From contig OZ242296.1 in assembly GCA_965207735.1 (NCBI GenBank), positions 2,272,001 to 2,336,000 of the forward strand: 64,000 bases of DNA. The letters are read 5' to 3'. This DNA comes from Candidatus Versatilivorator sp. (GTDB lineage Bacteria; Acidobacteriota; Terriglobia; Versatilivoradales; Versatilivoraceae). The translations under genes and the position numbers were made by a program. This document shows, piece by piece, positions 59,872 through 64,000 of this stretch. Position 1 is the first letter of the stretch. Each line of letters starts with the position of its first letter. The notes under the pieces were generated by a model. That model searched no databases. It was not told where the DNA came from and saw only the letters and a list, made by a program, of their open reading frames with translations.

Positions 59872-60690
59872 GTGGAAACTCCCCACATCGCTTCATTCCG
59901 CCGCAAAGTGACCCCAGGCAGAGTCCTTCTGGCGGTCATCCTTCTGTCATTGGCGGCGGTGGCGGTCCTGCTGATCCTCACCTACCTGAAGCTGACCGAC
60001 TTGAGCCGGGAGGTGGCCGGGCTCAGGAGGGTGACCGGAACCGTGGCCGAAACCGCCGAGAGCGCCAGGCGCCAGGCCGGCCGGGCCGAGGAGAACGCCC
60101 TCAAGGCAGCCCTGGGGCGCGCCCGGGCCGAGGAAGAGGCCTCGGAGGCGCGGGCGGTAGCCGCCAAGTCGAAGACCGAAGCGAGGGAGGCCAGGCAGGA
60201 AGCCGAGCGGGCCAGACAGGAGGCCGCCCGCATCCGCAAGGAGCGCGACGACAAGCTGGATGCCATGCAGCAGGCGCTCAGCCAACTGGTGGAGACCCGG
60301 CGCACCGCTCTGGGCCTCATCATGAACCTGGACAGCCAAGCCATCCAGTTCGATTTCGACAAGGCCGACCTGAAGTCCCACAACAAGGAACTGCTGAGCA
60401 AGATCGCCGGAATACTGCTGACCTCTGAGGGACACCACATCTTTGTCTACGGCCACACCGACGACGTGGGCACCCAGGCCTACAACCAGGACCTCTCAGA
60501 GCGTCGGGCCCAGGCAGTGCGGGACTACCTGGTGGCCTCCTTCATCGATCCGGCCGTCATCACGGCCGAGGGCTTCGGCAAGTCCAACCCCCTGGTGGAG
60601 GGGACCTCGACGGAAGCTCGAACCCGGAACCGTCGGGTCGAGATCGCCATCGTGGATACCGTGCTGGACTACCAGCAAAGGACGCGCTAG
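59872..60690 (+). CDS. Membrane-anchored coiled-coil protein with OmpA/MotB-like peptidoglycan-binding domain
   Basis: TM helix, Ala/Glu/Arg-rich coil, FDFDKADL, GHTDDVG, LSERRAQAV, NRRVEI. Confidence 0.9.
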   Translation: METPHIASFRRKVTPGRVLLAVILLSLAAVAVLLILTYLKLTDLSREVAGLRRVTGTVAETAESARRQAGRAEENALKAALGRARAEEEASEARAVAAKSKTEAREARQEAERARQEAARIRKERDDKLDAMQQALSQLVETRRTALGLIMNLDSQAIQFDFDKADLKSHNKELLSKIAGILLTSEGHHIFVYGHTDDVGTQAYNQDLSERRAQAVRDYLVASFIDPAVITAEGFGKSNPLVEGTSTEARTRNRRVEIAIVDTVLDYQQRTR

Positions 60691-61433
60691 CCGCCCACCT
60701 TGCCTTCGATCAGGGCAAAGACGGTCCGATTTCTCCAGTAGTTGTCGAAGTGAATCTCGCTGATGCGGCCGCCTCTCTGCCGCAGGTAATCGCCTCCGAA
60801 CTCCCAGATGACAGGAAATTCGCGGTCACAGCCGTGAAAGCTGGGCGGCAGGCGGGAAACCAGCCTTCCGGAGACGTCCAGGGTCATCCTTTGCCGGGTG
60901 GCGCGGGAGAAGAGGAGCGGAATGGTGTAGACCTGGAACCCGCCGGGTTTCAACACCCGCCGGACCTCATCCAGGGCCCGGCCGTAGTCCGGCAGATGTT
61001 CCAGGGTTTCGGAGTGAACCGCCAGGTCGAACCGGTCTTCCTCGAAGGTCAACCGGCACATGTCCTCATTGGACCGGCCGTCGATTCGGGAACCCAGCGG
61101 TCTGTCGGGCCGATAGAGGGTCTCGGTGACGCTGCCGAGGCTCTGCAACGCCGCAGCCAGGGCGTTGGTCTGGTTCAGGTGCAGAATCCGCAGCTCCGGT
61201 CCGGCAGGACACCGTTTCCTGATGCTCCATAGCAGCATGCGGACCCGCTTGGACATGCCGCAATTGCCGCAGCGGTTTCCTTCCCGCTGGTCCAGCCATC
61301 GCCGTTCCCGGTCGGACAGCTCCCAGGCGTCGGCCAGGGGATCGTCGATCACCGCCTCCTGCCGGAAGTGACGGCAGCCGCAGTGAATGCATCCGCGGCG
61401 GTCGATCCGACAGTAACGGTAGGTCTTGCCCAT
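60687..61433 (-). CDS. Class I SAM-dependent methyltransferase-like protein with N-terminal CxxC pairs
   Basis: CIHCG, CGNCG, FDLAVHSETLEH, EVRRVLKPGG. Confidence 0.75.
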   Translation of the reverse strand: MGKTYRYCRIDRRGCIHCGCRHFRQEAVIDDPLADAWELSDRERRWLDQREGNRCGNCGMSKRVRMLLWSIRKRCPAGPELRILHLNQTNALAAALQSLGSVTETLYRPDRPLGSRIDGRSNEDMCRLTFEEDRFDLAVHSETLEHLPDYGRALDEVRRVLKPGGFQVYTIPLLFSRATRQRMTLDVSGRLVSRLPPSFHGCDREFPVIWEFGGDYLRQRGGRISEIHFDNYWRNRTVFALIEGKVGG

Positions 61434-61580
61434 ACGGCGCCAGCCGCCCGGCGGGCAGGCGGGTTACGGATCAGCCAAGCCCCAATCCCATACGACGGGG
61501 CGGATCATCCGAGAGTGAAACAACGCATCTTCATGGCCTGTCGGGAACAAGGGCCCTGTTGCGCTAGACCGGTTTACTAC

Positions 61581-61800
61581 TTATTGAACATGGATGCGCA
61601 GGATAGACAGGATAAACAGCATGAGACGTTGCGCCACAGGAAGCAGGTCCGCTCGATGATCGGGTGGGTGTTGGAAGTGATCCAAGAGCCTGGAAGCGGG
61701 TTTTGGGAATTCCGTGTTGGAACAGAGGCGATGGTTGAACTCATGACGGTGGAAACTCTCGCCCAATAATCCTGTGCATCCTGTGCATCCATGTCAATAA
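61581..61800 (+). mobile_element. MITE-like remnant: internally deleted GxxExxY gene between ~32-bp imperfect inverted repeats
   Basis: TTATTGAACATGGATGCGCAGGATAGACAGGAT ... ATCCTGTGCATCCTGTGCATCCATGTCAATAA; peptide RSMIGWVLEVIQEPGSGFWE...MVELMTV. Confidence 0.6.
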
Positions 61801-61909
61801 AGCAACTACCCATGCTTGACTTTGAGCCGGTTGCCCGCCACCCGGCACAAGGCGTTGTTTCAAATAATCATCATTCCGTCGGCTTGTGCTTCACTTGGGT
61901 TCACCGGCA

Positions 61910-62322
61910 TTTGCTGCCGCCGCTCCGCGGCTCAATGGGTCGCCCGGGCGTTCGCCCGGGGATTATCAATTACTAAAAAGTCCGGCCCCTTCCCTGCCGG
62001 TCGGATCATCCGAGAGTGAAACAATCAGAAATCGGCCATCCCTTTGCGACCTTGGCATCCCGTCGCGGTTCACCTCAATGCCTTAGTGGCCCTTCGTGTG
62101 TCTTCGTGGATAACTCTTTTTTCGGTTGTTCCAGGCAAGCCGGGCCCCCGCCCTGGTGTGCGGATCATACATAGAGTGAAACAATCAGAAATCGATCAAC
62201 CCTTCGCGAACTTGGTACCCCGTCGCGGCCAACCTCAGCGCCTTAGTGGCCCTTCGTGGTCCTTCGTGCCCCTTCGTGGAAATGTCTTTTTCTTTTGTCT
62301 TTTTAGGTTGTTTCAGACAAGC
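61910..62322. repeat. REP family A segment followed by two family C units
   Basis: Reverse-complement match to about 47200-47640; units start near 62004 and 62162. Confidence 0.88.
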
Positions 62323-62934
62323 GGGAAAGGGCCAGTTGCTTCTCGAAAAGGGCGAGTGTGGCGGAATCGTAGAGGCAGAAGACGACCTGCAGGAGCCGAC
62401 TCTCTCCTGAAAGGTAGTTGCAGGTCACCTCCAGCATGATTCGGGCGCATCTCTCGGCGGGAAAGCCGAAAATCCCGGTGCTGATGGCCGGGAAGGCGAT
62501 GTTCTTCATGCCTTTCGAGTCTGCCAGGACCAGGCTGTTCAGGGTCGCCCGGCCGAGCTTTTCGTCCTCGTCCCCTTCGCCCATGCGCGGCCACCGCGTG
62601 GATGACGTGGCGGGCCTTGAGATTGCCGCCGCCGGTGATGACGGCCCCGCCAACTTGGGTGCCGCCGATTCGGTAGAGGCAGAAGACGACCCACCGCGTG
62701 GATGACGTGGCGGGCCTTGAGATTGCCGCCGCCGGTGATGACGGCCCCGCCAACTTGGGTGCCGCCGATTCGGTCGCACTCTTGTTGGATGGAGTCCCCT
62801 CCTTTGCGGCGGATGGCCCCGGCGACACCTCCTCCCAGGATCAGTTCCCGGTTGGCGGCATTGACGACGGCATCGGTATCCTGCTCGGTGATGTCCCCCT
62901 GAATCAACAGAATCTCGGTGTCCTTGATTTTCAC
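62303..62934 (-). pseudogene. Macrodomain (YmdB-like O-acetyl-ADP-ribose deacetylase) gene disrupted by internal duplication and frameshift
   Basis: [44 protein letters not shown] in different frames; 84-bp segment duplicated at 62591 and 62691. Confidence 0.85.
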
Positions 62935-62944
62935 GCGCTTTCAG

Positions 62945-63199
62945 TTACTTCTTTTGCTCTGCCAATTCGCCCCGGGTGAATCCTTCAAACAGCCCTTCCA
63001 GCCGGGCCATGCGTTCTCGGAGATCGGCTACGTCACCACGGACATCGGCCACATCCCCTCGGACATTGCCGACGTCGTCTCGGACATGTTGAATTTCCAG
63101 CTTGAACTCCTGTCGGATATCGGATGAGACCTTCCATCCGAGGCTGACCAATGCCACGCCAAGAATGCCGATGGCAATCAACTCCGCGCTGATAATCAT
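62945..63199 (-). CDS. Small membrane-anchored coiled-coil protein
   Basis: AGGAG RBS; hydrophobic N-terminus; heptads VRDDVGN/VRGDVAD/VRGDVAD; LRERMARLEG. Confidence 0.7.
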   Translation of the reverse strand: MIISAELIAIGILGVALVSLGWKVSSDIRQEFKLEIQHVRDDVGNVRGDVADVRGDVADLRERMARLEGLFEGFTRGELAEQKK

Positions 63200-63559
63200 T
63201 GCTGATGCTCCTTTCACTCTGACGAACCTGCCGAGAGGGAGATCAGACAAGGCAAGGGGTTCATGTGCTGACGGATCACTTCGTTAGTGTACCACGCCGG
63301 CCGGGCTTGAAATGGGTGGATTCCTTTTCCCCCTGCCCGACTATTGGCGGATCCCACCTGTGCCTTCTCCAACCCCTTGGTGGCCCTTCGTCGTCCTTGG
63401 TGGCCCTTCGTGAATACCTCTTTTCTCTTGGTGGATTTCTTTTTGGAAGACGCAGCCGTCGCACACCCCGCGGCTGCTTCCGATCCCGGCGGGAACGTGT
63501 CACAATGGCGCCTCGAACCGGGTTCGGTTCGGACCTCCGACCGAATTTGCCCTCGAACC

Positions 63560-64000
63560 ATGAAACTCCCATCCCCGACGATGTCCCGGAGAAGTTTTCT
63601 GGGCCGCGTGGCTCCTGTTGCCGCCGCGCCCCTGCTGCCGGCCGGGTGCGGCGCCGGACGGACCGTGGTTCCGGGAATCGAAGTGCTGCTGAACCGGGAA
63701 ACGACCCTGATCCGTGACCGCAGAGTCGGACTGATCACCAATCACACCGGGGTAGACCGGCGGCTGCGCCACGATATCGATCTGCTGCAGGCCCAGCCGC
63801 AGGTGGAGCTGGTGGCCCTCTTCTCTCCCGAGCACGGCATCGCGGGAATGGCCGCGGCGGGGGCCAGAATCGAAAGCCGTCCGGACAGCCGTTGGGGCAT
63901 CCCCGTGCACAGCCTCTACGGCGCAAATACACAACCGACCGAGGAGATGGTCCGCGGCCTGGACCTGCTGATTTACGATATTCAGGACGTGGGGTCACGC
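63560..64000 (+). CDS. namZ: Exo-beta-N-acetylmuramidase NamZ (DUF1343), partial; Tat signal and possible lipobox
   Basis: Manual translation: MSRRSFLG...PAGC...RVGLITNHTG...LFSPEHG...SLYG...DIQDVGSR, running off the window end. Confidence 0.88.
   Translation, partial: MKLPSPTMSRRSFLGRVAPVAAAPLLPAGCGAGRTVVPGIEVLLNRETTLIRDRRVGLITNHTGVDRRLRHDIDLLQAQPQVELVALFSPEHGIAGMAAAGARIESRPDSRWGIPVHSLYGANTQPTEEMVRGLDLLIYDIQDVGSR

Overview
A GC-rich bacterial chromosome segment. Gene content (NHL-, LRR- and Sel1-repeat proteins, PQQ-type dehydrogenase, DUF5916 protein, dense intergenic repeats) suggests an Acidobacteriota-like, possibly sponge-associated organism; this is inference only. From left to right: a surface-polysaccharide cluster (GT4, methyltransferase, GT2, rfbD, SDR epimerase, cupin epimerase, wzt, rfbBAC); an aldolase; an NCS2 permease with an extra C-terminal domain; a giant frameshifted metalloprotease-FN3-NHL-IPT protein; a DtxR/FeoA/split-FeoB operon with two candidate operators; a Sel1-TonB fusion; osmC; a tandem metallo-beta-lactamase; a class I chelatase operon; a RelE-HTH toxin-antitoxin pair; assorted enzymes; an HtrA protease; lysC; a cytochrome c/DUF5916/PQQ dehydrogenase group; a plant-type LRR protein; TauE, OmpA and methyltransferase genes; a rearranged macrodomain gene; and a partial namZ. 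The most striking feature is the chelatase operon. It encodes I and D subunits and a ChlH/BchH-type H subunit split into two translationally coupled genes in reversed order (C-half first), with no photosynthesis or cobalamin genes in the window. Intergenic DNA holds at least six families of non-autonomous repeats, including a CTAG-bounded MITE overlapping TAG stop codons and ~185-bp tandem arrays. I saw no rRNA, tRNA, CRISPR array or transposase. All product calls come from motif recognition by eye, not from database searches. Three small deletions may be long-read sequencing errors.
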